Shown here: positions 29,302 to 39,012 of the stretch, piece after piece
Position numbering within the stretch: position 1 is the first letter of the stretch
Layout of the letters: every line of letters starts with the position of its first letter
Source of the DNA: Candidatus Omnitrophota bacterium
GTDB taxonomy: Bacteria > Omnitrophota > JACPQZ01
Direction: 5' to 3'
Assembly (NCBI GenBank): GCA_016190205.1
Contig: JACPQZ010000045.1
Coordinates: 33,923-97,922, forward strand
Length of the DNA: 64,000 nucleotides
Notes under the pieces: model-generated
Seen by the model: only the letters and a program-made list of their open reading frames with translations
What the model was told of the DNA's origin: nothing
Database searches by the model: none
Program-made: the position numbers and the translations under genes

Positions 29302-30780
29302 GTGAGATACCTTCTCTCCATTGATCAGGGGACGACCGGGACACGAGCCCTGATCGTGGATATCAAGGGCCGACTCGCCGCGCAAGCTTACACCGAGTTC
29401 CCCCAATATTTTCCCCGCCCCGGCTGGGTGGAGCACGATCCACAAGAGATCTGGAACTCCACCCGGACCGTCATCCGGCAGGCACTCCTCAAAGGCCGCG
29501 TCCGCCCACAAACAATCGCAGGAATCGGGATCACCAACCAGCGCGAGACAACCGTTCTCTGGTCACGCCAAAGCGGGAAACCTCTCGGCCGCGCCATCGT
29601 GTGGCAGTGCAGGCGCTCTGCGGGCATCGTGACCTCTCTGAAGGCCCGCGGGGCGGAACCCCTATTCAGGCGCAAGACCGGCCTTGTGCTGGATGCGTAT
29701 TTTTCCGCAACCAAGATCCGCTGGGCACTCGATCATTGGGGCGGTGCGGCGCGATCAAGCCGCCGCAGGGATCTCGTCTTTGGAACCATTGACAGTTGGC
29801 TGATCTGGAAACTCTCGGGGGGGAAGGCGCATGTCACAGATCCCACCAACGCCTCACGCACCCTTCTCTACAACATCTACCGCCGCGAGTGGGATTCCGA
29901 CCTCTGCAAGATTTTAAGAATTCCCAAGTCCTGCCTTGCCCGCGTGCTTCCCTCCGCCGGCGTCTTTGCGAAAACCGGAAACGTGCGGGAGCTCTGCCCA
30001 GGCATCCCGATCACGGGCGTGGCCGGGGATCAGCAGGCATCCCTTTTTGGGCATGGATGCGTCCGGACGGGTGAGATGAAAAATACATACGGTACAGGGT
30101 GCTTCATCCTGCTCAATACCGGCAGTCATGCCCTCAAACCCAGGGCAGGGCTTCTGACCACGCTGGCCTGCGGACCCCAAGGAGAACCGGCCTACTGTCT
30201 CGAAGGCAGCATCTTCATGACGGGCGCGGTCATACAGTGGCTGAGAGACGCCCTGGGTCTCATCCAGAAGGCGTCGGATTCGGAAAAAATCGCCCGCTCT
30301 GTTAAGGACACCGGCGGGGTGTACCTGGTGCCGGCCTTTTCCGGTCTTGGGTCTCCCCACTGGAACATGTCGGCCCGCGGGGCCCTCCTGGGTCTTACGC
30401 GGGGCTCGGACCGGGGCGTGGTCGTGCGCGCAGCGCTGGAGGCCATCGCCTATCAGACCAGAGACTGTCTGGAGCGCATGCGCATGAGTATCCGGGGACG
30501 CATACGCAGACTGCGCGTGGACGGCGGGGCGGCACGAAACAACTGGCTGATGCAATTCCAGAGCGACGTCCTGGGGATTCCGGTCGAACGCGCGCGCTCC
30601 GCCCAAGTGACTGCGCTCGGCGCCGCCGCGTTGGCAGCCATCGGGGCAGGGGTTTGGAAAAATGGCGAGCCCATCAAGGGGCTTACCGGATGCGACGCGC
30701 TGTTCGTGCCACACATGAGGGCCAACGAACGGGAGCGGCTCTACTCGGGCTGGAAGCTGGCCCTGGGACGTGTCTTATGA
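29302..30780 (+). CDS. glpK: Glycerol kinase
   Basis: FGGY kinase. 'LSIDQGTTGTRALIVD', 'ITNQRETTVLW', 'FGTIDSWLIWKLSGG', 'GDQQASLFG'. GTG start. Confidence 0.9.
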   Translation: MRYLLSIDQGTTGTRALIVDIKGRLAAQAYTEFPQYFPRPGWVEHDPQEIWNSTRTVIRQALLKGRVRPQTIAGIGITNQRETTVLWSRQSGKPLGRAIVWQCRRSAGIVTSLKARGAEPLFRRKTGLVLDAYFSATKIRWALDHWGGAARSSRRRDLVFGTIDSWLIWKLSGGKAHVTDPTNASRTLLYNIYRREWDSDLCKILRIPKSCLARVLPSAGVFAKTGNVRELCPGIPITGVAGDQQASLFGHGCVRTGEMKNTYGTGCFILLNTGSHALKPRAGLLTTLACGPQGEPAYCLEGSIFMTGAVIQWLRDALGLIQKASDSEKIARSVKDTGGVYLVPAFSGLGSPHWNMSARGALLGLTRGSDRGVVVRAALEAIAYQTRDCLERMRMSIRGRIRRLRVDGGAARNNWLMQFQSDVLGIPVERARSAQVTALGAAALAAIGAGVWKNGEPIKGLTGCDALFVPHMRANERERLYSGWKLALGRVL

Positions 30781-32846
30781 GATACTTTTGGGCCGACAAG
30801 CAGGAAGGGGATGACGAAAAGGTAGCCATACTCAAGCAGGTGCCTCTCTTTTCCAACTTGAGTCAGCGGGAGCTCAAGGATATCGCCACTCCTGCCAGGC
30901 TCATCGAATACAAGAAGGATCAAGTCATTTACCAGATAGGAGATCCGCCCCACGCCTTCTTCGTCATCGCAAGCGGCAGGGTTCGAATCGACCGGCCGAC
31001 AGGCCCCAAAGGTGAGATGACGACCACCATGCTGCACGGGGGAGAGTTTTTTGGAGAGCTCTCCATCTTGACGGGAAATCCCCATTCGGCAACCGTCACG
31101 GCCAAGAACGACTGTCTGCTCCTGGAAATTGGAGGCGAAGATTTCGGGCGGCTGACCAAGGAGATCTCCGCCCTGGGTCTTTACTTCAGCCGTTTCCTCA
31201 TCCAGCGCCTGAGGGGTGTTCAGAAGGGAGATGAGTACGTTCGCGAGAGCAAGCTCATCGCCGTGTACAGTGCTGCGCGGGAGGTGGGGAAAACTGTCTT
31301 AAGCATTAACCTGGCCGCGGCCCTGGCCCGGGAGGGCGCTTCGCAGGTCATCCTGGTGGATATGGGAGGGACGAAGGGGGAGTTGGGACATCTCCTTAAA
31401 TATCCGACCGATAAGGGCCTGGTTCAGGTCGGAAGAGACCGCGCCATACATCCTGTAGGGATCCAGGAACACATCATCAAACATGATGCAGGCTTTCATA
31501 TCGTGAGCGTCGTTGAACCCGAAAAGGACGGGATTGACCCCCGCGGCATCGCACCCTTTTTCTCCTCCCTGGCCAGACAATACGACTATATCGTCATTGA
31601 TCTTCCGAACCAATTTGACGCCGCCATCCTGGAGGCCCTGCACCAGGCGGACATCCTCTTTCTTCTAACCGGGCCCCGCAGGGAAACCCTGCGCGCGACG
31701 GCGGAGATATGCGGCAAACTCAAGGCCACGATCGGCACCCAGATGGACAAGTTGAGACTACTCCTCAACCCCATGAAATTGTCCGATCCCCTGGACTTAC
31801 CTGCCAAGGAAGAGCTTTTAGGTCATCCCATCTCACTGACCCTCCCCAGCACCCCCATCGTAAAAAGCTACACGGAGTCCACAGGGATGCCGTATCTCGT
31901 CGCGAGCCCCCGGGCGGAATACAGCCGCGTCGTTCGCCGGATTGCGCGCGAGATCAGTGAGTCTATGGTCGGCCTTGCCCTGGGAAGCGGCGCGGCCCTG
32001 GGATTTGCCCATATCGGGGTGCTCAAGGTCTTCGAGCGGGAGGATATCCCCGTGGACCTTGTGGCGGGTTCCAGCATGGGCGCCTTGATCGGTGCCCTTT
32101 GGACCGCCGGAAAGACTGCCGACGAGATCGAAGGCCTGGCCCTCGATATGGCGCGTTGGCGCATCTTGAAGCTCGTTGATTTCGACTTCCCCGCGCGCGC
32201 GATCTTGAAAGGAAACCGCCTCCTGCGGTACCTCAAGACTCAACTCAAGAAAAAAACTTTTCAGGACACGCTCATCCCCCTCAAAGTCACGGCCGTAAAC
32301 CTGTACACCCGGCAGCAGGTGGTGATCGACGAAGGTCCGCTTTACGAAGCCGTGCGGGCCAGCTGCTCCATCCCGGGGCTCCTCGCCCCGTTCCGTAAGG
32401 GGGACATGTACCTTACGGACGGCGGCCTGCTGGAGCCCTGCCCGGTCCGTACCCTCATGCGGGCAAAGGTCCATAAGATTATCGCGGTCAATGTCCTTCC
32501 CAGCCCCGAAGACATGGTAGATCATCACCGCAAGCACAGGGACCTGGAGCGCGTGGAGCAGGAACGGGCCAGTCAACTTCCCCCCATGGCAAAATTCAGA
32601 TGGCGCGCGCAACAGTTTTTGAAACGAATGGTGACGCCCAGTATCGCCGAAGTCATTTTAAACAGCATGCAAACGATGGAATACCACCTGGCCCTTCAGG
32701 CCTGCGAGGACGCGGACGTTCTCATTCAGCCCATCCACTCCGGAATCCACGTCTTGAACTTTAATGAGGCCCCCCAGCTCATCGCGCGCGGAGAAGAGGA
32801 AACCTTGAAGAAACTGGACGAAATAAAGCAGCTTGTAAAGAAGTAG
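30777..32846 (+). CDS. Three-domain protein: cNMP-binding + degenerate ParA/MinD-like + patatin-like phospholipase
   Basis: cNMP-binding 'FFGELSILTG...ATVTA'. Central 'KLIAVYSAAREVGKTVLSINLAAALAREGASQVILVDMGG' (ParA-like, Walker A degenerate). Patatin 'GSGAALGFAHIGVL...GSSMGALIGALW' (GxSxG) and 'DGGLLEP' (catalytic Asp). Confidence 0.7.
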   Translation: MRYFWADKQEGDDEKVAILKQVPLFSNLSQRELKDIATPARLIEYKKDQVIYQIGDPPHAFFVIASGRVRIDRPTGPKGEMTTTMLHGGEFFGELSILTGNPHSATVTAKNDCLLLEIGGEDFGRLTKEISALGLYFSRFLIQRLRGVQKGDEYVRESKLIAVYSAAREVGKTVLSINLAAALAREGASQVILVDMGGTKGELGHLLKYPTDKGLVQVGRDRAIHPVGIQEHIIKHDAGFHIVSVVEPEKDGIDPRGIAPFFSSLARQYDYIVIDLPNQFDAAILEALHQADILFLLTGPRRETLRATAEICGKLKATIGTQMDKLRLLLNPMKLSDPLDLPAKEELLGHPISLTLPSTPIVKSYTESTGMPYLVASPRAEYSRVVRRIAREISESMVGLALGSGAALGFAHIGVLKVFEREDIPVDLVAGSSMGALIGALWTAGKTADEIEGLALDMARWRILKLVDFDFPARAILKGNRLLRYLKTQLKKKTFQDTLIPLKVTAVNLYTRQQVVIDEGPLYEAVRASCSIPGLLAPFRKGDMYLTDGGLLEPCPVRTLMRAKVHKIIAVNVLPSPEDMVDHHRKHRDLERVEQERASQLPPMAKFRWRAQQFLKRMVTPSIAEVILNSMQTMEYHLALQACEDADVLIQPIHSGIHVLNFNEAPQLIARGEEETLKKLDEIKQLVKK

Positions 32847-32872
32847 CGCAATGGGTAAACTGTTGATCAGCC

Positions 32873-34063
32873 ATGGATAAATACGTCATCATAGAAGGCG
32901 TGCGCACGCCGCAGGGGATCCTGGGCGGAGCCCTTAAAGATTTTTCGTCCGCCCGTCTGGGGGAGCTTGTCGTGCGCGGTCTCCTTCAGAAAACAAAAAT
33001 CGATCCTAAGTTAATAGAAGGGGTTATCTTTGGATGCGTAGGACAGACAAGTGATGCCCCCAACGTGGCCCGTGTCATCGCCCTTAAGGCGGGACTTCCC
33101 ATTTCCCTTCCGGGTTATACGGTTCAGCGGAACTGCGCGTCGGGCATGCAATCAATCGTCAGCGCCTGTCAGCACATAGCCGTAGGCGATGCCGACGTCC
33201 AAGTCGCGGGCGGAACAGAATCGATGAGCCAGGCGCCGTATATCAACCGGGACCTGCGGTTCGGTAAGAAACTCCGTGACTCTGCGCTGGTCGATTCCCT
33301 CTGGGAAGGTTTGACGGATCCCATCTGCGGCCAGATCATGGGGAGGACCGCAGAAAACCTGGCGGAAGAATTTAAGATTCCGCGGGCCGAGCAGGACCGT
33401 TACGCCATTGAGAGCCACGCGCGCGCCTTTCGCGCCACACGCGAAGGTAAGTTCAAGGATGAAATCGTCCCGGTCGAAATCCCTAAGAAGATGGCGGGGC
33501 GCGTGGTGCCATCAGAGATCTTTTCGGAAGACGAGGGACCCAACGTCGCGCTTACGGAACAAATGCTTTCCCAGTACCCGACGATCTTCAAGGAGGAGGG
33601 CACCGTAACGGCTGGAAACGCATGTCCCATATCTGACGGGGCGGCGTGCGTCCTCATCATGAGCGCAGAAAAGGCCAAGTCCCTGGGCCTCAAACCCATG
33701 GCATCGATCCGCGCCTGGGCCTTCGCAGCCCTCGAACCCCAGCGCATGGGCCTGGGACCCGCCTATGCCACTCCGCTCGCGCTGAAAAAAGCGGGCCTCA
33801 CGCTTGCCGACATTGATCTCATTGAAATAAACGAGGCCTTTGCCGTTCAGGTGCTCGCCTGCCGCAACATGCTGGATTTCAAACTTGAAAAAACAAATGT
33901 ACAGGGAGGCGCTATCGCCTTGGGACACCCGGTAGGAACGAGCGGGACCCGTCTCGTGATCACCCTCATGCATGAAATGAAACGCCGCGGCGCTGCCCTG
34001 GGCCTCGCAACCTTATGCGTCGGGGGCGGACAGGGATCAGCCATGATACTCGAAAGGAAGTAG
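32873..34063 (+). CDS. Acetyl-CoA C-acyltransferase (thiolase)
   Basis: 'VQRNCASGMQSIVSACQHIAVGD' (active Cys), 'NACPISDGAACVLIMS', C-terminal 'GHPVGTSGTRLVITLMHEM' and 'CVGGGQGSAMILE'. Confidence 0.85.
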   Translation: MDKYVIIEGVRTPQGILGGALKDFSSARLGELVVRGLLQKTKIDPKLIEGVIFGCVGQTSDAPNVARVIALKAGLPISLPGYTVQRNCASGMQSIVSACQHIAVGDADVQVAGGTESMSQAPYINRDLRFGKKLRDSALVDSLWEGLTDPICGQIMGRTAENLAEEFKIPRAEQDRYAIESHARAFRATREGKFKDEIVPVEIPKKMAGRVVPSEIFSEDEGPNVALTEQMLSQYPTIFKEEGTVTAGNACPISDGAACVLIMSAEKAKSLGLKPMASIRAWAFAALEPQRMGLGPAYATPLALKKAGLTLADIDLIEINEAFAVQVLACRNMLDFKLEKTNVQGGAIALGHPVGTSGTRLVITLMHEMKRRGAALGLATLCVGGGQGSAMILERK

Positions 34064-34067
34064 CCTT

Positions 34068-34195
34068 GTACGTGCATCGTACTTCGTTCATCGTGCTGCG
34101 TGGGTGGGGCGTGCAGTTCTTCGTAGTTACAGACCCTCGGCAACTGGCCTATTACCCCTTTACGATGCACGATGCACGAAGCACGAAGCACAAAC
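34068..34195. repeat. Imperfect palindromic heptamer-repeat element (GCACGAA/CGTGCAT class)
   Basis: Left arm cgtgcatcgtacttcgttcatcgtgctgcgtg, right arm cgatgcacgatgcacgaagcacgaagcac. 7-nt periodicity. Lies between the thiolase and dehydrogenase genes. Confidence 0.45.
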
Positions 34196-34219
34196 ACGGC
34201 CACCCAGAGATCAACTTGT

Positions 34220-35437
34220 ATGTACATCTATAAGACTGGCGTAGTGGGAGCCGGGGCGATGGGGGCGGAGATCGCCCAGGTCATCACCTTTGCAGGTCTC
34301 CCCGTCATCCTGCATGACATCGAGCAGCGCTTTGTGGATAAAGGCATGGAGCGCATCCGGTCCATCTACGCTCGAAGAGTGGAAAAGGGGAAGATGAGCG
34401 CTGATGAACTCGAGAAAAAGATGGCGCTCGTGACCACCACCACCCGGCTGGAAGACCTGCGGGCGGCGGACATCGTCATCGAGGCGGTCCCCGAAAAGAT
34501 GGATCTTAAAAAGCAGGTTTTTTCCAAACTTGACGGAATCCTGGGCCCTTCCGCGATCTTGGCTTCCAATACCTCCGCCCTCTCGATCTCCGCCCTAGGT
34601 TCCGCAACAAAACGCCCAGGGCGTGTCATAGGTCTGCATTTTTTCTACCCTGCGCACGTCATGAAGCTCATTGAGATCATTCCGGGACTTGCCACGTCGG
34701 ACGAGACCGTCGATGACGCGCTCGCCTTTACCGAATCTCTGCGCAAGATTCCGATTCGCGTTAACGAATGTGCCGGTTTTCTCATCAACCGCCTGCTCAT
34801 GCCGTACCTCAACGAATGTGCCTACTGCCTGGAGGAAGGTTCCGAGGGCGCCCGTGCCATCGATGAGAAAATCGTAAAATTCGGTCTGCCGATGGGCCCC
34901 TTTACGCTGGTGGACACCCTGGGGCTCGACATCTGCAAAGATGTGGGGGAAGTCCTGCACGCTTCCTACGGTGCCCGCATGCGTCCCGCCGCTCTTTGGC
35001 GCAAGCTCTTTGAAAAGAAGCGGTTCGGAATCAAGTCCGGCGCCGGTTTTTATACGTATCCCGGAGGCAAGGAGGACCCTGAACTCCAAGCGCTCGCCCA
35101 ATCTGCCGCCAGCGAAGACAAAAGCGGAAAGTCGCCCTTTGCGCTCGACCGGGTGCTCTATCAAATGATCAACGAGGCCGCCTACTGTCTGGAGGAAAGG
35201 GTCTCCACCGCCCGCGAGATCGATCTCGGCATGGTGGCCGGACTGGGTTTCCCGCAGGAGAAAGAGGGGATACTTCGTTACGCGGATTCCATCGGGCTGG
35301 ATACTGTGCTGGAGAAGCTCACATCGTATCATCATGAACTTGGAGAGCGCTTCTGGCCTGCGCCCCGCATCCGACGCATGGTGGAAGCGGGATTCCTGGG
35401 CCGGAAGACGAAGCAGGGGTTCTTTACTTACTCGTGA
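34220..35437 (+). CDS. 3-hydroxyacyl-CoA dehydrogenase (NAD-binding, duplicated C-terminal domain)
   Basis: Rossmann 'TGVVGAGAMGAEIAQV'. 'NTSALSIS' and two 3HCDH_C-like repeats. Confidence 0.85.
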   Translation: MYIYKTGVVGAGAMGAEIAQVITFAGLPVILHDIEQRFVDKGMERIRSIYARRVEKGKMSADELEKKMALVTTTTRLEDLRAADIVIEAVPEKMDLKKQVFSKLDGILGPSAILASNTSALSISALGSATKRPGRVIGLHFFYPAHVMKLIEIIPGLATSDETVDDALAFTESLRKIPIRVNECAGFLINRLLMPYLNECAYCLEEGSEGARAIDEKIVKFGLPMGPFTLVDTLGLDICKDVGEVLHASYGARMRPAALWRKLFEKKRFGIKSGAGFYTYPGGKEDPELQALAQSAASEDKSGKSPFALDRVLYQMINEAAYCLEERVSTAREIDLGMVAGLGFPQEKEGILRYADSIGLDTVLEKLTSYHHELGERFWPAPRIRRMVEAGFLGRKTKQGFFTYS

Positions 35438-35465
35438 CAACACTTGACCAAATAAGCGTGCCAAT

Positions 35466-36353
35466 ATGCTACGTTATCTTTCGATTGTTAAGAGGAAGCT
35501 CAAGTCGCATTATGGTTTCCAGCTGCTGCGTCTCGCTGCTGGCTGGAACCGCCTGAAAGGAGTCATCTTGCCTGAGGAAACCCTCGTTCAGATCCATGAC
35601 GACGAGCGCGCCCGTGTTTTAACCTTGGACCACCCCCCGGTCAACGCGCTCTCCCGTTCCCTCTTAAAGCAACTGGGGGAGGCCCTGGAAAAAACCAGGG
35701 ATGATAACCGCATTGCCGTGGTCATCATCACCGGGGCCGGCCAGAACGCCTTCGCCGCGGGCGCCGACATCCGGGAACTTGCTCTCATCCATTCCAAGGA
35801 CGAGGCGGCCCGGCTGGCCGCAGAAGGACAGACGCTCTTCAATAAGATCGAGCACTTTCCGAAACCCGTGATTGCCGCCATCAATGCAGTCTGCCTCGGG
35901 GGAGGAAATGAGCTTGCCCTGGCTTGCCACATTCGTATCGCCTCCGAACGGGCCCGCTTCGGCCAGCCTGAAGTAAATCTCGGGATCATTCCCGGCTTCG
36001 GCGGCACCCAGAGGCTCGCCAGACTCGTGGGCCTCCCCAGGGCAACAGAACTCGTCCTGACCGGCGACATAATTCCGGCCAAGGAGGCGGAGCGGATCGG
36101 TCTCATCAACAGGTCTGTGCCGGATGGAGAAGAGCTCAAGGTGGCCAAGGGAATCGCGCGAAAGATCGCCTCCAAAGGCCAAGTGGCTGTCCGGAAGGCC
36201 CTCCAGGCCCTGGTCGAGGGAAGAGAGAAATGGCTGACCGACGGCCTGGCGCTCGAGGCCTCTCTCTTTGGCGACACGACTTCTACCGACGATATGAAAG
36301 AGGGGATCCAGGCATTTTTGGAGAAGAGGCAGCCCCAATTCAAGGACCGGTGA
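35466..36353 (+). CDS. Enoyl-CoA hydratase (crotonase family)
   Basis: 'VVIITGAGQNAFAAGADIRE' and 'AINAVCLGGGNELALACHIRIAS' oxyanion-hole motifs. Start codon uncertain (no in-frame ATG early in the ORF). Confidence 0.75.
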   Translation: MLRYLSIVKRKLKSHYGFQLLRLAAGWNRLKGVILPEETLVQIHDDERARVLTLDHPPVNALSRSLLKQLGEALEKTRDDNRIAVVIITGAGQNAFAAGADIRELALIHSKDEAARLAAEGQTLFNKIEHFPKPVIAAINAVCLGGGNELALACHIRIASERARFGQPEVNLGIIPGFGGTQRLARLVGLPRATELVLTGDIIPAKEAERIGLINRSVPDGEELKVAKGIARKIASKGQVAVRKALQALVEGREKWLTDGLALEASLFGDTTSTDDMKEGIQAFLEKRQPQFKDR

Positions 36354-38176
36354 TCCCCGAAACCCACCTCGCGGCCCTCTTTTTTAACCGCGTCCAGCGC
36401 TGGCCGGACCGGCCCCTCCTTTCCTGGCGCAAAGGCGGCCATACGCTTCGCTGGACCTGGCAGGAGACCGCTGACCAGGTCACCGCCATCGCCCACTTTC
36501 TGGTAGGACTCAAAATAGGACCCCAGGAACCCTGCGGCCTTATTTCGGAGAACCGCCCCGAGTGGAGCTGGGTAGACCTGGGGGTTCTGACATCGGCAAA
36601 CTATGACGTACCGCTTTACCCGACGTCCACCTCCGAGGAAATTCTCTACTGCCTCAATGACTGCCGTGCCCGCATCCTCTTCCTCTCCAGCGAAGAACAG
36701 CTTCAGAAGATTGCCGCCGTCGAGGGATTTTTCAAGTATCTTCGTACGGTGGTGACATTTGATCCTGTCCCGGCACGCCTGAAGAAACTAAAACAGATAC
36801 TGCTTTCAGAAATCCTGAAGGAAGGGGCGCGCCTCGCAGGAGGAGGTCCCGCCGAACAGTTCTCCGGAGCGCTTGCGACGATTGAACCGCACGCCTTGGC
36901 AAGTGTGATCTACACCTCCGGCACGACGGGGACCCCGAAAGGCGTTATGCTGACCCACGACAATATTCTCTTCAACGTTGAATCATCAAGCCAGATGCTT
37001 CCTATCACTGAAGCCGATGTCTATCTCTCATTCCTGCCCTTAAACCACGTATTTGAACGCATGGCGGGTCTGTACCTCATGATGAAGCAGGGGGCTCAAA
37101 TCACCTACGTGGAAAAGCTGGATACGCTCGCTCAAGAAATTCCAATCGTGCGGCCCACCTTGATGTGCGGCGTCCCCCGCTTTTTCGAAAAAATCCAAAA
37201 CGGCATTCGGACTAAGGTGGCTCAAGGGGGCCCTGTCAAACAAAAACTCTTTCAAAGGACCCTTGATCTTGGGCGGAAGAGAGTGTGCGCCCTCGAGCGG
37301 GGCGAGGGCCTGTCATTCTTAGAGCGCCTGGAGACAGCTCTTTTAAACCGTCTGGTGGCGAGCAAGGTGAGGAGGGGGTTCGGGGGCCGCCTGCGCTTTT
37401 TTGTGAGCGGGGGAGCCGCGCTGGGCCGCGCCCTCCCAGAATTTTTTTACGCGCTGGGCCTTACCATCTTGGAAGGTTATGGACTTACCGAGACATCCCC
37501 CGTGATTACGGTAAACCGGCCGGACCGCTTTCGCTTCGGGACCGTGGGTCTCGCCATACCCGGCGTTGAGGTCAGGATCGCCCCCGACGGCGAGATCCTG
37601 ACGAGAGGGCGGCACGTCATGAAGGGCTATCTGGGACGCGAGGAAGACACGAGGGCCGTCATTGAAGACGGCTGGTTTGCTACTGGGGACATCGGACAGC
37701 TCGACAAGGATGGCTTTCTCACGATCACAGACCGCAAGAAAGACCTGATCGTTACTTCGGGGGGGAAGAAGGTCGCCCCCCAGCTCTTGGAAAATCTTCT
37801 CAAGGCCGATCCAGCCATCCTTCAGGTGCACCTCCATGGCAATGCGCGGCGCTACATGACTGCCTTGGTGGTTCCCAATTTTGAAGTGCTTGTCAAAAAG
37901 GCAGAGGAGCGATCCATAGCTTATTCCAACCCAAAAGATCTCGTCGAAAATAAGGACATTCAAAACTGGATGGCGTCATCCATCGCCGAGAGGCTTCAGG
38001 CTGTTGCCCCCTACCAAAAGATAAAGTACATCCAAATTCTTGCGGACGAATTTACCCTGGAAAAGGGGGAACTCACCCCCACCCTAAAGCTCAAGAGAAG
38101 GGTGATTGACGAACGTTACCAGAGACTCATCGATGGGATGTACCAGGATCCACCTCAAGGTATAGCCGTCCCGTGA
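36350..38176 (+). CDS. Long-chain fatty-acid--CoA ligase (AMP-binding)
   Basis: 'YTSGTTGTPKGVMLTHDNI', 'GYGLTETSP', 'GWFATGDIG...DRKKDLIV' motifs. GTG start overlapping the upstream stop. Confidence 0.8.
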   Translation: MIPETHLAALFFNRVQRWPDRPLLSWRKGGHTLRWTWQETADQVTAIAHFLVGLKIGPQEPCGLISENRPEWSWVDLGVLTSANYDVPLYPTSTSEEILYCLNDCRARILFLSSEEQLQKIAAVEGFFKYLRTVVTFDPVPARLKKLKQILLSEILKEGARLAGGGPAEQFSGALATIEPHALASVIYTSGTTGTPKGVMLTHDNILFNVESSSQMLPITEADVYLSFLPLNHVFERMAGLYLMMKQGAQITYVEKLDTLAQEIPIVRPTLMCGVPRFFEKIQNGIRTKVAQGGPVKQKLFQRTLDLGRKRVCALERGEGLSFLERLETALLNRLVASKVRRGFGGRLRFFVSGGAALGRALPEFFYALGLTILEGYGLTETSPVITVNRPDRFRFGTVGLAIPGVEVRIAPDGEILTRGRHVMKGYLGREEDTRAVIEDGWFATGDIGQLDKDGFLTITDRKKDLIVTSGGKKVAPQLLENLLKADPAILQVHLHGNARRYMTALVVPNFEVLVKKAEERSIAYSNPKDLVENKDIQNWMASSIAERLQAVAPYQKIKYIQILADEFTLEKGELTPTLKLKRRVIDERYQRLIDGMYQDPPQGIAVP

Positions 38177-39012
38177 TCACAGGGTCCTCCTGGCAAGAAG
38201 AGTGTGTTCAAGCTCCAGACGGCGGAAGGCTTTTCCAGCGCGCTCACCGAGTTGAGAACCCACAGAAAACCCTCCTCGTCATTCACGGCCTCGGGGAGCA
38301 TGGAGGCCGGTATGAACCCCTGGCGAGCATCCTGGCCCAACGCGGCATATCCACGTATTGTCCTGATTTAAGGGGTCATGGCAGGAGCCCGGGACAACGC
38401 GGACACCTCTTAAGCTGGGATACCCTCATGCAGGATGTCGGCTCCTGCCTCGCCTCAATCCAAGTTCAAGTCGCCAAAACCCCTGTAGTCATCCTCGGCC
38501 ACAGCCTGGGAGGGCTCATCGCCATCCGGTCGGCGGGGATGTTCCAGGAGCGCCTGGCTGCCCTCATCTTAAGCGCACCCTATCTGGGTCTTGCGAGACC
38601 CGTTCCTTATTCCCTGCGGCTTTTGGTGCATGCCCTCAACGCATTCGTTCCCCGTCTTCCTTTAAAAAACGGCGTTGACCCGAGAAACCTATCTCACATC
38701 GAGAGCGAGGTGAAGGCCTATCGGGAGGACCCCCTGGTGCATCCCTGGATCACACCGCGTTCCTTCACGGAGATTGAGAAGGCCATCCGGGAGGCAGCAG
38801 ACGATGCGCAGCGCATTCGTATCCCGACGCTCCTCATCTTGCCGGGCCGCGACGCCATCTGCTCAACTGCCGCCTCACTGGAGTGGTTTAAGCTCCTGCG
38901 GAGTCCGCGCAAGCAAGCAATCGTCTACCCCGAAAGCCTCCATGAGCCTCTCAATGACCTTGACCGCAACCGCTTCCTGGGTGACGTAGTCCGCTGGCTG
39001 GGTGAAATATGA
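38173..39012 (+). CDS. Alpha/beta hydrolase (lysophospholipase/monoacylglycerol lipase-like)
   Basis: 'LLVIHGLGEHGGRY' and the nucleophile elbow 'GHSLGGLIA'. Confidence 0.7.
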   Translation: MITGSSWQEECVQAPDGGRLFQRAHRVENPQKTLLVIHGLGEHGGRYEPLASILAQRGISTYCPDLRGHGRSPGQRGHLLSWDTLMQDVGSCLASIQVQVAKTPVVILGHSLGGLIAIRSAGMFQERLAALILSAPYLGLARPVPYSLRLLVHALNAFVPRLPLKNGVDPRNLSHIESEVKAYREDPLVHPWITPRSFTEIEKAIREAADDAQRIRIPTLLILPGRDAICSTAASLEWFKLLRSPRKQAIVYPESLHEPLNDLDRNRFLGDVVRWLGEI

